In this document: positions 19,568 to 29,311 of the stretch, in pieces
Layout: every line of letters starts with the position of its first letter
Position numbering within the stretch: position 1 is the stretch's first letter
From: Vulcanimicrobiales bacterium
GTDB lineage: Bacteria; Vulcanimicrobiota; Vulcanimicrobiia; Vulcanimicrobiales; Vulcanimicrobiaceae
Direction of reading: 5' to 3'
NCBI GenBank assembly: GCA_038231455.1
Contig: JBBRLI010000014.1
Span: 19,153-83,152 of the forward strand
DNA: 64,000 nucleotides
Position numbers and translations under genes: made by a program
The notes under the pieces: generated by a model
What the model saw: the letters and a program-made list of their open reading frames with translations, nothing else
Database searches by the model: none
Told to the model about the DNA's origin: nothing

Positions 19568-20152
19568 TCACTTCGGCAGGTTCGGTTTCCCTTCGTGCGC
19601 GATGAGCAAATCGTGCATGTCGCTGGCGTGCTCTTCCTCAACGATGAGGATTCCCTCGAGCATCGTCCGCGTGGCGGGATCTTTATCGCCGAAGTAGCGG
19701 ATCAGTTCGCGATAGTGGTCGACGGCGATGCGCTCAGCGACGTAATTCTCACGAATCATATCGACCAGATTGTCGCCTTCGGAATACTGCGAGGCCGACC
19801 GTTTGGTGAGCGTGTCGGGGTTGAAATCGGGCGTTCCACCGAGCTGATCGATGCGCTCGGCAACCGCCATCATATGGACTTGCTCTTCTTTTGCATGCTG
19901 TGCGAATTCGTCCTTAACGCCTTCGCTCGAGATGCCGGTTGCTGCAATCGAGTGCATCGTGTAGCGCAACACGCAAACAATCTCGGTTGCGAGAACCGCT
20001 TGCAAGATTTCAATGGTTTGTTTGACATCCATCGCGTAGGTGTCGGTGACGTTGCCCGTGGTCAGATGCTTGCGGGCGCGGTCGCGAAGCGTTTTCACGT
20101 CGCTGAGAAACGGCTGTTTTGCCGCGCTGTTGGTGGTCGTTGTGGCAGCCAA
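19568..20152 (-). CDS. Ferritin-like (bacterioferritin-related) protein
   Basis: ATE..LRY, EEQVH, ERIA, EEEH diiron pattern; RBS GGGAG before TTG. Confidence 0.85.
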   Translation of the reverse strand: MAATTTTNSAAKQPFLSDVKTLRDRARKHLTTGNVTDTYAMDVKQTIEILQAVLATEIVCVLRYTMHSIAATGISSEGVKDEFAQHAKEEQVHMMAVAERIDQLGGTPDFNPDTLTKRSASQYSEGDNLVDMIRENYVAERIAVDHYRELIRYFGDKDPATRTMLEGILIVEEEHASDMHDLLIAHEGKPNLPK

Positions 20153-20204
20153 AAAAATACTCCCGTCGGTGCGTACGAGGTATCTCTACCCGCCCGTTCG
20201 CGTG

Positions 20205-20939
20205 CTAAAACACCGCCCGGTCCGGCACGATGATGTACCCCTCGGCGAGGTCGCCGAACACGCGAGCGTGGGGCGGCGCGCTCCCCCAGCGCCACAAAAA
20301 CGCGGCGATGTAGGCGCAGCTCAACGCATCGAGCGTGTCGTCCCAACGTTTGTAGCCCCGCATTCCTACCCGATCGGGAACCCGCTCGTCCAGCACGAGC
20401 GGCGGATCGGCGGTCGCGAGCGTTGCAAGGGCGGCACGATACCGCTCCCATTCGGCGAGAACATCCGGCCAGGGTCGCGCCTTCTTCTTATACTTGAAGA
20501 TACCGGGTAGATCGAAGAGCCGCACGTGGGCCGGGTGCGGGAAGACCTCAACGGCGATCGTGCGCGGGTCGCGCGGGGCGATCTGCGTGGTTTCGACTAC
20601 GCCCTCGGCGGCAAGTTCGCTGATGAAGCGTGCCGCCCGACCGCCGTCTGGGAAGCGCCCAAGATTGGCCGGGTGCGGCCCCGCGCCAAACCGGCCGAAG
20701 ACGGATCGTAACTCGTTTTCCGCGCGGCGGGCACCACCCGGATTACGGACGATCGTCGGCATATCGATCCCGATCACCCCGCGATTGCCTCGCCAGGCGC
20801 GAATCCACGCCAGCACCTCGGCGTCCGAACGCAAATCGGCCCGCACATCAAGGATCGAGCCCGTTTCGTCGATTGCCGCGAGACCCGATGGATTGCGATC
20901 GGACCAGGCGAGGTCCAATCCGAGAAAGCGAGAGATCAC
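20205..20939 (-). CDS. DUF429 family protein (predicted RNase H-like nuclease)
   Basis: LGLDLAW, IDMP, EVFPHP, KYKK, DALSCA. Confidence 0.8.
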   Translation of the reverse strand: MISRFLGLDLAWSDRNPSGLAAIDETGSILDVRADLRSDAEVLAWIRAWRGNRGVIGIDMPTIVRNPGGARRAENELRSVFGRFGAGPHPANLGRFPDGGRAARFISELAAEGVVETTQIAPRDPRTIAVEVFPHPAHVRLFDLPGIFKYKKKARPWPDVLAEWERYRAALATLATADPPLVLDERVPDRVGMRGYKRWDDTLDALSCAYIAAFLWRWGSAPPHARVFGDLAEGYIIVPDRAVF

Positions 20940-20993
20940 GATATGGTCGTTCGTCGTGGGGACAAGCGAACCGTTGGCGAAGGCGAATCGTTA

Positions 20994-23345
20994 ATGGGGT
21001 TGTTACCCACGACCGGCTTACCGACCGATGCCGAACGACTGCGTATTATTTATGCCATTCAGCGGATGCTTTCAGCAGCCGATGAAGAGGCTACGCTCGT
21101 TCGCGAAGCCTGCGAAGTTCTCGCCAGTTCCGGCCTCTATCTGATGGTCGGTATCGGCGTTGCCGAACCCGACGGTTCCGTTCGCACGATCGCCTCCTCA
21201 AGCAGCACGCACGACCTCTTCGCGGCCGAGAGCCTCCACGCACGGTGGGATGCAACGCCGCTGGGCAACGGCGTGATCGGCCAAGCGATCCGGACCGGCT
21301 TGCCCACCACCATGCCGACGAGCGACAACGCGTGGGATCCCTGGCGCGCGAGCGCCGGTCACCTTGTCCGAGCAGTCGCCGCGTTTCCGTTCGGACTCGA
21401 CGATACCGTCGGCGTCGTCATCGTTCAAAGTACGGCCGGGAAATTTTTGAGCGAAGAGATCGAATTGATCTCCGGCCTCGCGCACGACATCGGACGCACG
21501 CTCGAAAATCTGCGCATGCGAATCGTGATCGCTGCCGAACGCGACCGCGCGCGTCGCAGCGAAGAGCGTCTGGCCGCGCTTTGGAAGCTCACGATTACGC
21601 GCGATTTTGACCTCGATTCGCAGGCGCAGGCGATCATCTTCGAGGGCGTTACCACGCTCGGTTTTGATTGGGGGACGATCGGGCGCGTCGAGGGCGAGAC
21701 GCTCTTCCTCGATTTCGTCGTCAACGAATTCGAGCGCCCACGCGCGGGCGAGGCGATTCCCCTCTCAACCGCGCTCAGCGGCGATGCGATCGCCGCGGGT
21801 CGCACGGTGATCTGGGACGACCTGCGCAGTGAATCGCGCCACCGCGACGCCGTCCCCGTGATCGAGCGCGGGCTGCGCGCGTTTACCGCAACACCGTTCT
21901 ATGTGAACGGGCGGCTGTACGTCCTCAACTTCGGCGCCAACAACCGCACGCGCCGTCCGCTCATCGACGACGACCGCTCGTACATCGATTTACTCGTCGC
22001 GTTTTTCTCGCGCGCGTTGCAGCGGCGCGACGACGAAGCCCAGATTCGCTACCTGCGCAATCACGATCCGCTCACGGGCCTCCCCAATCGCGAACGCTTT
22101 CTCGAGCGCCTCGACGCGCATATCGAGCGCGCGCAGCGATCCCACAGCCGCTTCGCCCTCTTTAATCTCGACGTCGATCGCTTTCGCGCGACGATCGAAG
22201 ATTACGGCGCGCAGTTCGCCGATGAGGTCATCGCTGAGCTCGGCCGACGGCTCTCCAAACTCATGCTCGAGGGTCAAGAACTTTTCCGCAATAGCGGCGA
22301 CTCGTTTACGATCCTCTTCCCGGAGTTGGACGCACCCGAGCAAGCCGACGCGCTCGCGCGCGTCGCCGTGGAAGCCGTCGCGACCCCGCTGCATGCCGGC
22401 GAACACGAAATCAAGATTTCGGCAAGCGTCGGCATGGCGCTGTATCCCGACGACGGGACGAGTTCGCACGCACTCACGATGGCCGCCGCAACCGCGCTTA
22501 CCCGCGCGAAACGCGACCATTCGCGTGACTATCGCTTCTTCTCGCGCGACCTCGACGATCGGCTGAGTCGCCGCCGCCGACTCATCGACGAACTCCAAGG
22601 CGCCGGCGCTCGCGGCGAATTCGTCCTCCACTATCAACCGTGGATCGATCTCTCCGACTACGGCGTGGGCGGGTGCGAGGCGCTCGTGCGCTGGGAACAT
22701 CCGCGCCTGGGACTGGTCGAACCCGATGATTTTATCACGCTTGCAGAAGAAACCGACCTGATCCATGAAGTCGGGCGGTGGGTGTTCGCGCAAGCAGCAC
22801 GCACCGCGGCCGCCTCGGCGCAGAGTGGAACGCCGCTCGTCATCGCGATCAATCTCTCCGCACGTCAATTCACCAACCCCGAACTGATCGGCGAACTCAA
22901 AGATGCAATCAACGCATCGGGCGCCGACCCGCACACACTCGAAGTCGAAGTAACTGAAAGCTTCACGATGCGCGATCCGATGCGCGCTGCAGCCGTCCTG
23001 ACGAGCTTGCGCGAAATGGGACTACGGATCGCCCTCGATGATTTCGGCATCGGGCACTCGTCGCTTGGTTATCTCAAACATTTGCCGGTGGATATCATCA
23101 AGATCGACCGCAGCTTTGTAAACGGCATTCCGCGTGAAGCGGCGGACGCAGCGATCGCGCGCGCCGTGATCGCCCTGGCACAATCGATCCGCTGCGAGGC
23201 GCGCGCCGAAGGCGTCGAGAGCCACGATCAGGCGCTGTGGCTAGCGGCCGCCGGCTGTCGGACGGCGCAGGGCTTCTGGATTTCGCGTCCGCTCCCGCAA
23301 GCAGATTTACAAGACTGGCTTCGCGAACGCAAGACGCGCGTATGA
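20994..23345 (+). CDS. GAF-GAF-GGDEF(degenerate)-EAL signalling protein
   Basis: HDPLTGLPNR; SGDSF at the GGDEF site; EAL, EVTE, DDFGIGHSS, AEGVE. Confidence 0.88.
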   Translation: MGLLPTTGLPTDAERLRIIYAIQRMLSAADEEATLVREACEVLASSGLYLMVGIGVAEPDGSVRTIASSSSTHDLFAAESLHARWDATPLGNGVIGQAIRTGLPTTMPTSDNAWDPWRASAGHLVRAVAAFPFGLDDTVGVVIVQSTAGKFLSEEIELISGLAHDIGRTLENLRMRIVIAAERDRARRSEERLAALWKLTITRDFDLDSQAQAIIFEGVTTLGFDWGTIGRVEGETLFLDFVVNEFERPRAGEAIPLSTALSGDAIAAGRTVIWDDLRSESRHRDAVPVIERGLRAFTATPFYVNGRLYVLNFGANNRTRRPLIDDDRSYIDLLVAFFSRALQRRDDEAQIRYLRNHDPLTGLPNRERFLERLDAHIERAQRSHSRFALFNLDVDRFRATIEDYGAQFADEVIAELGRRLSKLMLEGQELFRNSGDSFTILFPELDAPEQADALARVAVEAVATPLHAGEHEIKISASVGMALYPDDGTSSHALTMAAATALTRAKRDHSRDYRFFSRDLDDRLSRRRRLIDELQGAGARGEFVLHYQPWIDLSDYGVGGCEALVRWEHPRLGLVEPDDFITLAEETDLIHEVGRWVFAQAARTAAASAQSGTPLVIAINLSARQFTNPELIGELKDAINASGADPHTLEVEVTESFTMRDPMRAAAVLTSLREMGLRIALDDFGIGHSSLGYLKHLPVDIIKIDRSFVNGIPREAADAAIARAVIALAQSIRCEARAEGVESHDQALWLAAAGCRTAQGFWISRPLPQADLQDWLRERKTRV

Positions 23346-24202
23346 GCGATTCACGACTTTCGGTACGGAAAATGTACAAGCTCTTCATTAACGGCGCATT
23401 CGTGCGGAGCGAGTCCGCTCGCAGCGAGCCGAAAGGCGGCGCCAACGTCGCGCGCGCATCGCGCAAAGATGCGCGCGACGCCGTCGTTGCCGCGCGCACG
23501 GCGACTGCGAAGTGGGCCGATGCTACGCCGGCCCTGCGCGGCCTCGTGCTCTATCGATTAGCCGAAATGATGGAAGGTCGGCGCGCGGAACTCGCCGCGT
23601 CGCTCACACGTGGTGGAACGGTCGATGCAAAGGATGCCGAGCGCGAAGTCACCGCCGCAATCGATCGCGTGGTGTGGTACGCGGGCTGGTGCGATAAGTA
23701 TTTAGCGCTTGCATCGACGCGCAATCCGGTTGGCGGCCCGCACTTCAACTTTTCAACGCCCGAGCCGACCGGAATTGTGGCGCTGCTCGCACCCGATGAG
23801 CCCGCGCTCTTAGGCCTCGTCTCACTCGCACTTCCGGCGCTTGTGAGCGGCAACGCCGTGATCGCGGTTGCATCCGAGACCGATCCGTGCACACCGGTGG
23901 TGTTTGCGGAATGTGTCGCAACGAGCGATCTTCCGGCGGGTGCGTTCAATCTGCTCACCGGTCTACGTACGGAAATCGCCCCGCATCTCGCCGGACACAT
24001 GGACGTCAACGCGTTTGCTGCCGTCGACCTTGACATCGCCTTTGAGACGGCGCTCGGCGTTGCGGCCTCAGAAAATGTCAAACGAACGCACTTCGAGCGA
24101 GTTGGGAAACGAAAAGCCTGGTTCAGCGAAAAATTCGACGATCTCGAGCGGATTCTCGCCTTCACCGAACTCAAAACGATCTGGCACCCCGCGAAGATTT
24201 AG
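23342..24202 (+). CDS. Truncated aldehyde dehydrogenase family protein (NAD-binding domain only)
   Basis: VRKMYKLFINGAF.RSES, YAGWCDK, PEPTGIV, HMDVN, ELKTIWHP; 286 aa, no catalytic domain. Confidence 0.8.
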   Translation: MSDSRLSVRKMYKLFINGAFVRSESARSEPKGGANVARASRKDARDAVVAARTATAKWADATPALRGLVLYRLAEMMEGRRAELAASLTRGGTVDAKDAEREVTAAIDRVVWYAGWCDKYLALASTRNPVGGPHFNFSTPEPTGIVALLAPDEPALLGLVSLALPALVSGNAVIAVASETDPCTPVVFAECVATSDLPAGAFNLLTGLRTEIAPHLAGHMDVNAFAAVDLDIAFETALGVAASENVKRTHFERVGKRKAWFSEKFDDLERILAFTELKTIWHPAKI

Positions 24203-24203
24203 G

Positions 24204-24779
24204 ATGAAGCGCAAGTCCGCGAGCCGCGACATCGTCGCGTGCGCGCAAGAGCTTTGGGATTTGCGATTGGTCACGGGATCGAGCGGCAACATCAGCGTCA
24301 AACTCGACGACGGCTCGATTCTGATCACCCCAACCGGTCGCTCTTTTCGCAAACTCGAGCCGGAAGAACTCGTGCGCATCGACGCCGCGACGGGCGAGTC
24401 GTTCGATGTCGCGAGGCGCCCGTCTTCGGAATTTCCGCTGCACCTGGCGGCGTATCGCGCGCGGCCGGACATCACGCTCGTCGTCCACACCCACCCGACG
24501 CATTGCGTCGTGTGGTCGGGAACCGGCCGCCTCTTCCCGCGCGATACGGTCGCATCGACGGAGTCGCTTGCCACGATGGTGTGGGTTGATTTCCATCCCT
24601 CCGGCAGCATCGCGCTCGCTGAGGCAACGAGCGCAGCGCTTGCGGGCGGGGCGCCGCTGGCGCTCTTGGGCAAGCACGGTCTCATCGCCGTCGGCACGAG
24701 CTTCGATGAGGCCCTGGTTCAGACCGATCTTGCCGAAGAATGCGCGCGCGTCGCCTACCTCGCCCGCGCGATGGGATAA
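24204..24779 (+). CDS. Class II aldolase/adducin family protein
   Basis: GSSGNIS, ITPTG, PSSE..LH, VHTHP, KHGL. Confidence 0.88.
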   Translation: MKRKSASRDIVACAQELWDLRLVTGSSGNISVKLDDGSILITPTGRSFRKLEPEELVRIDAATGESFDVARRPSSEFPLHLAAYRARPDITLVVHTHPTHCVVWSGTGRLFPRDTVASTESLATMVWVDFHPSGSIALAEATSAALAGGAPLALLGKHGLIAVGTSFDEALVQTDLAEECARVAYLARAMG

Positions 24780-24819
24780 CGGCACTCAAGCGCGGAATGG
24801 TCGGCGGGGCCCTCACCGT

Positions 24820-24906
24820 GGAGAGGTGGCAGAGTGGTCGAATGCACTCGCTTGGAAAGCGAGCAGACTGTAAAAGGTCTCGGGAGTTCGAATCTCCCCC
24901 TCTCCG
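24820..24906 (+). tRNA. tRNA-Ser(GGA)
   Basis: Acceptor GGAGAGG/CCTCTCC, anticodon arm CTCGC-TTGGAAA-GCGAG, long variable arm, TTCGAAT. Confidence 0.95.
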
Positions 24907-24910
24907 AATC

Positions 24911-24938
24911 GCCCGGCTGCGCCGGGCTTTTTCGTTTT
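24911..24938 (+). terminator. Intrinsic terminator after tRNA-Ser
   Basis: GCCCGGC-TGC-GCCGGGC followed by TTTTTCGTTTT. Confidence 0.8.
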
Positions 24939-24958
24939 CGGAACCGAACGCCGCCTCG

Positions 24959-25456
24959 ATGTCACCCGAGCGCATTCGCGATGCAATCACCGACGATCTC
25001 GGCGAGATCGCACGCATCTGGAACGAAGGCATCCTCGACCGGGTCGCGACGCTCGACGAAGATCCCAAAGACGCCGCAGACGTGGCGCAATGGTTCGCGG
25101 AACACGGCGGGCGTTACGCCGTGCTCGTCGCCGAATCGGCCGACGGGCGGCTCGTCGGTTGGTGCTCGCTCAATCGGTATTCACATCGCTGCGCGTACGA
25201 CGGAGTTGCGGATCGCTCGATCTATATCGAGCGATCCGCGCGTGGCCGCGGGATTGGGACGCTACTCCTTAGCGCATTGGAAGCGCGCGCAAGCAGCGCC
25301 GACTTTCGCAAAATCGTGCTCTTTGCGCTTGCGACAAATGCGGCTGGCGCGGCGCTCTATCGCAAAGGTGGCTATCGTGAAGTTGGGATTTTTCGCGAGC
25401 AAGGCCGACTCGACGGCGTTCCAACCGACGTTCTTGCAATGGAGAAAATGCTCTAA
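24959..25456 (+). CDS. GNAT N-acetyltransferase (ArsN1/phosphinothricin acetyltransferase-like)
   Basis: IWNEGILDRVAT, YSHRCAYDGVAD.SIYI, RGRGIG, QGRLDG. Confidence 0.85.
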   Translation: MSPERIRDAITDDLGEIARIWNEGILDRVATLDEDPKDAADVAQWFAEHGGRYAVLVAESADGRLVGWCSLNRYSHRCAYDGVADRSIYIERSARGRGIGTLLLSALEARASSADFRKIVLFALATNAAGAALYRKGGYREVGIFREQGRLDGVPTDVLAMEKML

Positions 25457-26031
25457 ACGCGGCCGCCACCGGCTCGAAAACCCGTCCGTACGCGATAACG
25501 CACGTAGAGTACTTCGGAGCCGAGACGGTGCGTCTCGAGGAGTTCGAGATTCGGTCGAACCACGGCTCGGAACGCGGGCTTCCCGCCGCCGACGATCACC
25601 GGGTGGAGAAAGAGATGGCACTCATCGACGAGGTCAGCTTCGAGGGCACATCCGGCAAGCTCGGCGCCGCCGATGCTGATGTCATGCGCGGACTCGCGCT
25701 TGAGCGTTCGAATCGCCTCGACTTCGAAGTCCCGCTCGATGCGGGCGTTGGGTGCCGTCGCGCGCTCGAGCGTTCGTGAAAAGACTATCTTCTCAGACGT
25801 CTGCCAAATGCGTGCGAAGTCGCGATGTTCGGCTGGATAGCTCTTCATCGGCGCGCCCCAGAAGGCCATCGTCTCATAGAGACGCCGCCCGTAAAGGATG
25901 GTACCAATCGGCCGCACGAGCTCGGTGATGAACGCGAAGACACGATCGGGATGAACCCAATCGAAGGCACCTGTTTCGTCCTCCACGTAACCGTCGAGCG
26001 ACGTATTTATAACGTACATTAGCTTTGCCAT
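25453..26031 (-). CDS. RibD C-terminal / dihydrofolate reductase-like protein
   Basis: SLDGY, GRRLYE, KIVFSRTL, GGAELA, PVIVGGGKP. Confidence 0.88.
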   Translation of the reverse strand: MAKLMYVINTSLDGYVEDETGAFDWVHPDRVFAFITELVRPIGTILYGRRLYETMAFWGAPMKSYPAEHRDFARIWQTSEKIVFSRTLERATAPNARIERDFEVEAIRTLKRESAHDISIGGAELAGCALEADLVDECHLFLHPVIVGGGKPAFRAVVRPNLELLETHRLGSEVLYVRYRVRTGFRAGGGRV

Positions 26032-26049
26032 TCGTTTTGCTCGACTCGC

Positions 26050-27207
26050 CTACGGCGTACGCAAAAGAGGCGCGACGCGTTCGTAGGGAAGAGCAAAGAA
26101 CGTCAGGCCGTTCGCGCCGGTCGTCGTCACGGCGCTGAAGAGCGCATCGTCGATCGCCGATTCGACCGCGTCGGCGGTCGCTGCATAGAGCGCGTCGATG
26201 TGTGACTCGTCGTCCTCGAGTGCGGGTTGGGAGATGGTTCCCTCGCGCGGATAGACGTGCGTCGTGCTGAACGCAAGAAACAGATCCCCACTCGATACGT
26301 GCGAGGTGGCGCCGGTGCGCGCGAGCCCGAGCGCCGCACGTTTTGCGACATCGCGCAGATGACGCGCGTCGAGCGGAGCGTCCGTCGCGATAACGATGAT
26401 GATACTGCCGTCGCTTGCGCGACCTCGAGTCGGTGCACGATACGCAGCGCGTTTTGGCAAACTCGGCAAGAGTTCGTTTGCGAGTGCGCGTCCAACGTGG
26501 ACGCCGCCGATCGTCAGCTCGGCGCGCGAGCCCGTATTAGCGTTCACCAAGACGCCGACGGTATATCCGCCGAACGTGGCCGGGAGCACGCGCGATGACG
26601 AGCCAATTCCCGATTTGAAGCCGAAGGCGCGCATGCCGGTACCTGCGCCGACGGCGCCGCGCGGAAAATCACCGGCGCGTGCGCCATCGAGCATCGTGAC
26701 GACATCGGTTTCACTCACGTGTCGTCCTTGGATGTCGCTAAGGCCTTGGTCGTCGCACTCCGCAACGGTCGGCAACGGAACGTCATCGCTCACGCCGATT
26801 CCGGGCCAGCGTTTGATCATCCAGGAAACGACGCCATTATCGACGCGCCCGACGTTGAGCGTATTTGTTAGCACGACCGGCGTCTCGAGAAAGCCCGACT
26901 CGTCGATCCAGTGCGTGCCCGTCATTTCTCCGTTTCCGTTGAGATCGAAGGTCGCTGCGGCGGGTCGCTTGTTCCACACATCGGCACTCGGAACGATCGC
27001 CGTTGCTCCGGTTCGCACCGGACCGACTCCGGGGATGAGCTTCCCCTCGCCCGAGAACTTCGTGACGTGGCCGACCAGGACGCCCGGGACATCGGTGATC
27101 GCGTCGTTCGCGCCGAGGGCAAACGTCCCAACGGGAATCGGTGAGCGGGCTCCGACGGGAGCCGCGCAGAGTCCGATTGACGCAAGCAACGCGAGGATCT
27201 TCTTCAT
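26050..27207 (-). CDS. DmpA-like (P1 family) aminopeptidase with signal peptide
   Basis: ITDVPGVLVGH, NGNGEMTG, GAVGAGTG, GIGSSSR, DGSIIIVIATDAP, SSGD. Confidence 0.9.
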   Translation of the reverse strand: MKKILALLASIGLCAAPVGARSPIPVGTFALGANDAITDVPGVLVGHVTKFSGEGKLIPGVGPVRTGATAIVPSADVWNKRPAAATFDLNGNGEMTGTHWIDESGFLETPVVLTNTLNVGRVDNGVVSWMIKRWPGIGVSDDVPLPTVAECDDQGLSDIQGRHVSETDVVTMLDGARAGDFPRGAVGAGTGMRAFGFKSGIGSSSRVLPATFGGYTVGVLVNANTGSRAELTIGGVHVGRALANELLPSLPKRAAYRAPTRGRASDGSIIIVIATDAPLDARHLRDVAKRAALGLARTGATSHVSSGDLFLAFSTTHVYPREGTISQPALEDDESHIDALYAATADAVESAIDDALFSAVTTTGANGLTFFALPYERVAPLLRTP

Positions 27208-27260
27208 CCGCGCGCGGTTCGCGGCGCCATCGCAAGAAGCCCGCGCTCGCAGCGTTCCCG

Positions 27261-29051
27261 TTATCGCCGTAGTTGTTCCAGTCGGCGGGTTTCGTAGATC
27301 GCTTGGAGCGACGAGAGCGCGTCGCTGGTAAACGTCATTCCTTGCAGCACGCCATCCGCGATCGATTCGTGCGTGATGCGGGGCGGAAGGATGTCATCAT
27401 CCTCGCGCCAGCCTAAGCGGGCGTTGATCGCGCGCTTCTTCTCCCAGATGTGCGCCGCGGTCGCGGCAAGTGCGGCGCCGTCGAGTGGGTAGCCGGTCAC
27501 CGCCGTCCACAACGCCGCGGCTTCGGGATAAAAATCTGAAAAACAATCGCGCACGAACTTGCAGAGCACGAGCGAATCCCAGACGATTGCATAATTTTCC
27601 GCAGCGATCGCTGCATCCGCGCGGGCGGTGTCACTGGTAGCGGCTCCCGGGTGCCGCAGATCGAAGTCATACGTCGCCGCTCGGTTGTGGCATGCGCCAC
27701 GCGTGCAGGTCGCAAGTCCCAGCGCATAGGTCGGGAGCGCCCGTGGCTCGTAGCCGGGAAGTTCCAAGCCTTTGGCATGCATGGCAAACGCCGCCGAGCC
27801 CCCACCAACGATATTTGCGGCAGCGCGTACGCCCAGCGCCAGTGTCGCACCGAAGCCCGTTCCGTTCACGATCGCTTCGATCGCCGGGACGAGTACGTCT
27901 TGGTTGCCGAAGCGAAGCGGTGTTCCAAAGACGTTTTCATCGACCAAGCCGCGTGCGACGCACTCCATGCCAAAGGCAATGGAGCCGCCGGTCGAGATGG
28001 TATCGAGCCCTTCGCGATCGCAAAGCGCGATTGCATCGAGCACCGCATCGAGCGAGTCAACGCCGCAATTGGGTCCGAACGCCCACACCGACTCGTATTC
28101 GCTCGCACCGGCATTGCGGCGATCGCGGTCTTTACGCACGTACATGTGCTCGCACTGAACGGGGCAACCCGCGCATCCGGCACGCAGCTCGAGGTAGTCG
28201 CCGCGATGTTCGCGCGCGCGCTCCGGCGTGACGCGCTCGACACCGGCAAACGTTGCGCCGGTAAAATTCCGCGTCGGCAGCTGCCCCATGCGCTCGAGGA
28301 CGCGCATGTTCGCGCCCGTTCCAAGGACGCGATATTTCGCCGTCGCCGGTCCGACCGCACGCTCGCGCAACACGGCGGCGAGTTGCGCCGTCTTTTGTGG
28401 ATCGGCAAGCGCCACATCGCCGCGACCGCGAAGCGCGACCGCTTTCAGTTTTTTTGCACCGAAGACCGCACCCGTGCCGCCTCGACCCGCTTGACGACCG
28501 TCGTTCTCGACGGCCGCATACCGCACGCCACGCTCGCCCGCGCATCCGATCGCACAGACGCGCGCCGTTCGGTCGACAAGTCGATCGCGGACGAGCTTGG
28601 TAACTTCGCGCGCCGAAACGCCAAGCAGATCGCCCGCTGGCTCGAATCGCACGCGGTCGCCTTCGACGACCAGTAGCGTCCAATCTTGCGCCATCCCGGT
28701 GACGATCAGCGCGGCAAGACCACAGCGACGCAGGACCGCGGACCAGTGCGATGAGGACAGTCCCTCATTTAAGAGACCGGTCAGCGGCGAAATCGTCGCA
28801 AGCGCATGTTTGTTTGCCGCGGGCACGGGAGTCGATGCGAACGGACCCGCTGCAAAAACGAGTGGATTTTCCGGCCCGAGCGGATCGATCCGGTGGAGAT
28901 CGTTCTCCCGAAGATAGGCGTCGATCAGTTCGACCGCAAGGCCCACGCCGCCGAGGACGCGCGCGAACGTTGCATCGTCGAGATCGAACCGCCGATACGA
29001 CTTCGTCGTTAGGTCGACGGCAAGGACGGTGCGCGGCCCAACGTAGCTCAT
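27261..29051 (-). CDS. aor: Aldehyde:ferredoxin oxidoreductase (tungsten-pterin AOR family)
   Basis: SPLTG, AGRGGTGAVFGAKKLKA, CAGCPVQC, EYES, D..GLDTIS, RGACH, DSLVLCKF. Confidence 0.92.
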   Translation of the reverse strand: MSYVGPRTVLAVDLTTKSYRRFDLDDATFARVLGGVGLAVELIDAYLRENDLHRIDPLGPENPLVFAAGPFASTPVPAANKHALATISPLTGLLNEGLSSSHWSAVLRRCGLAALIVTGMAQDWTLLVVEGDRVRFEPAGDLLGVSAREVTKLVRDRLVDRTARVCAIGCAGERGVRYAAVENDGRQAGRGGTGAVFGAKKLKAVALRGRGDVALADPQKTAQLAAVLRERAVGPATAKYRVLGTGANMRVLERMGQLPTRNFTGATFAGVERVTPERAREHRGDYLELRAGCAGCPVQCEHMYVRKDRDRRNAGASEYESVWAFGPNCGVDSLDAVLDAIALCDREGLDTISTGGSIAFGMECVARGLVDENVFGTPLRFGNQDVLVPAIEAIVNGTGFGATLALGVRAAANIVGGGSAAFAMHAKGLELPGYEPRALPTYALGLATCTRGACHNRAATYDFDLRHPGAATSDTARADAAIAAENYAIVWDSLVLCKFVRDCFSDFYPEAAALWTAVTGYPLDGAALAATAAHIWEKKRAINARLGWREDDDILPPRITHESIADGVLQGMTFTSDALSSLQAIYETRRLEQLRR

Positions 29052-29311
29052 CCGCCGCTCGCAAGAAAGAGCACGCACGGCTTGTCGCGCGCATCGAACG
29101 TCTCGCCCTCACCGAGCGCGCGGCGACCATCGAGTAAAAGCAAATTGGGTTCGATGAAGCGTTCGCCTTCGATTACCGTTCCGCGCAGGACGGGGAAATC
29201 GCGCGCGAGCGCGCGCAAAAACGCGGGCAGATCCACCGGTTCATCGACGCTCACCTCAACCCTCGCGCAGCCGACGAGCGCGCGCGCGAGCCCAAAGAGT
29301 TCGACGTTCAC
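29048..29311 (-). CDS. moaD: MoaD/ThiS sulfur carrier protein
   Basis: 87 aa, VELFG start, C-terminal SGG. Confidence 0.85.
   Translation of the reverse strand: MNVELFGLARALVGCARVEVSVDEPVDLPAFLRALARDFPVLRGTVIEGERFIEPNLLLLDGRRALGEGETFDARDKPCVLFLASGG

Noticed and set aside
24906-27207. Genomic island integrated at tRNA-Ser(GGA)
   Set aside because: No integrase, no duplicated tRNA 3' end seen, composition similar to the flanks
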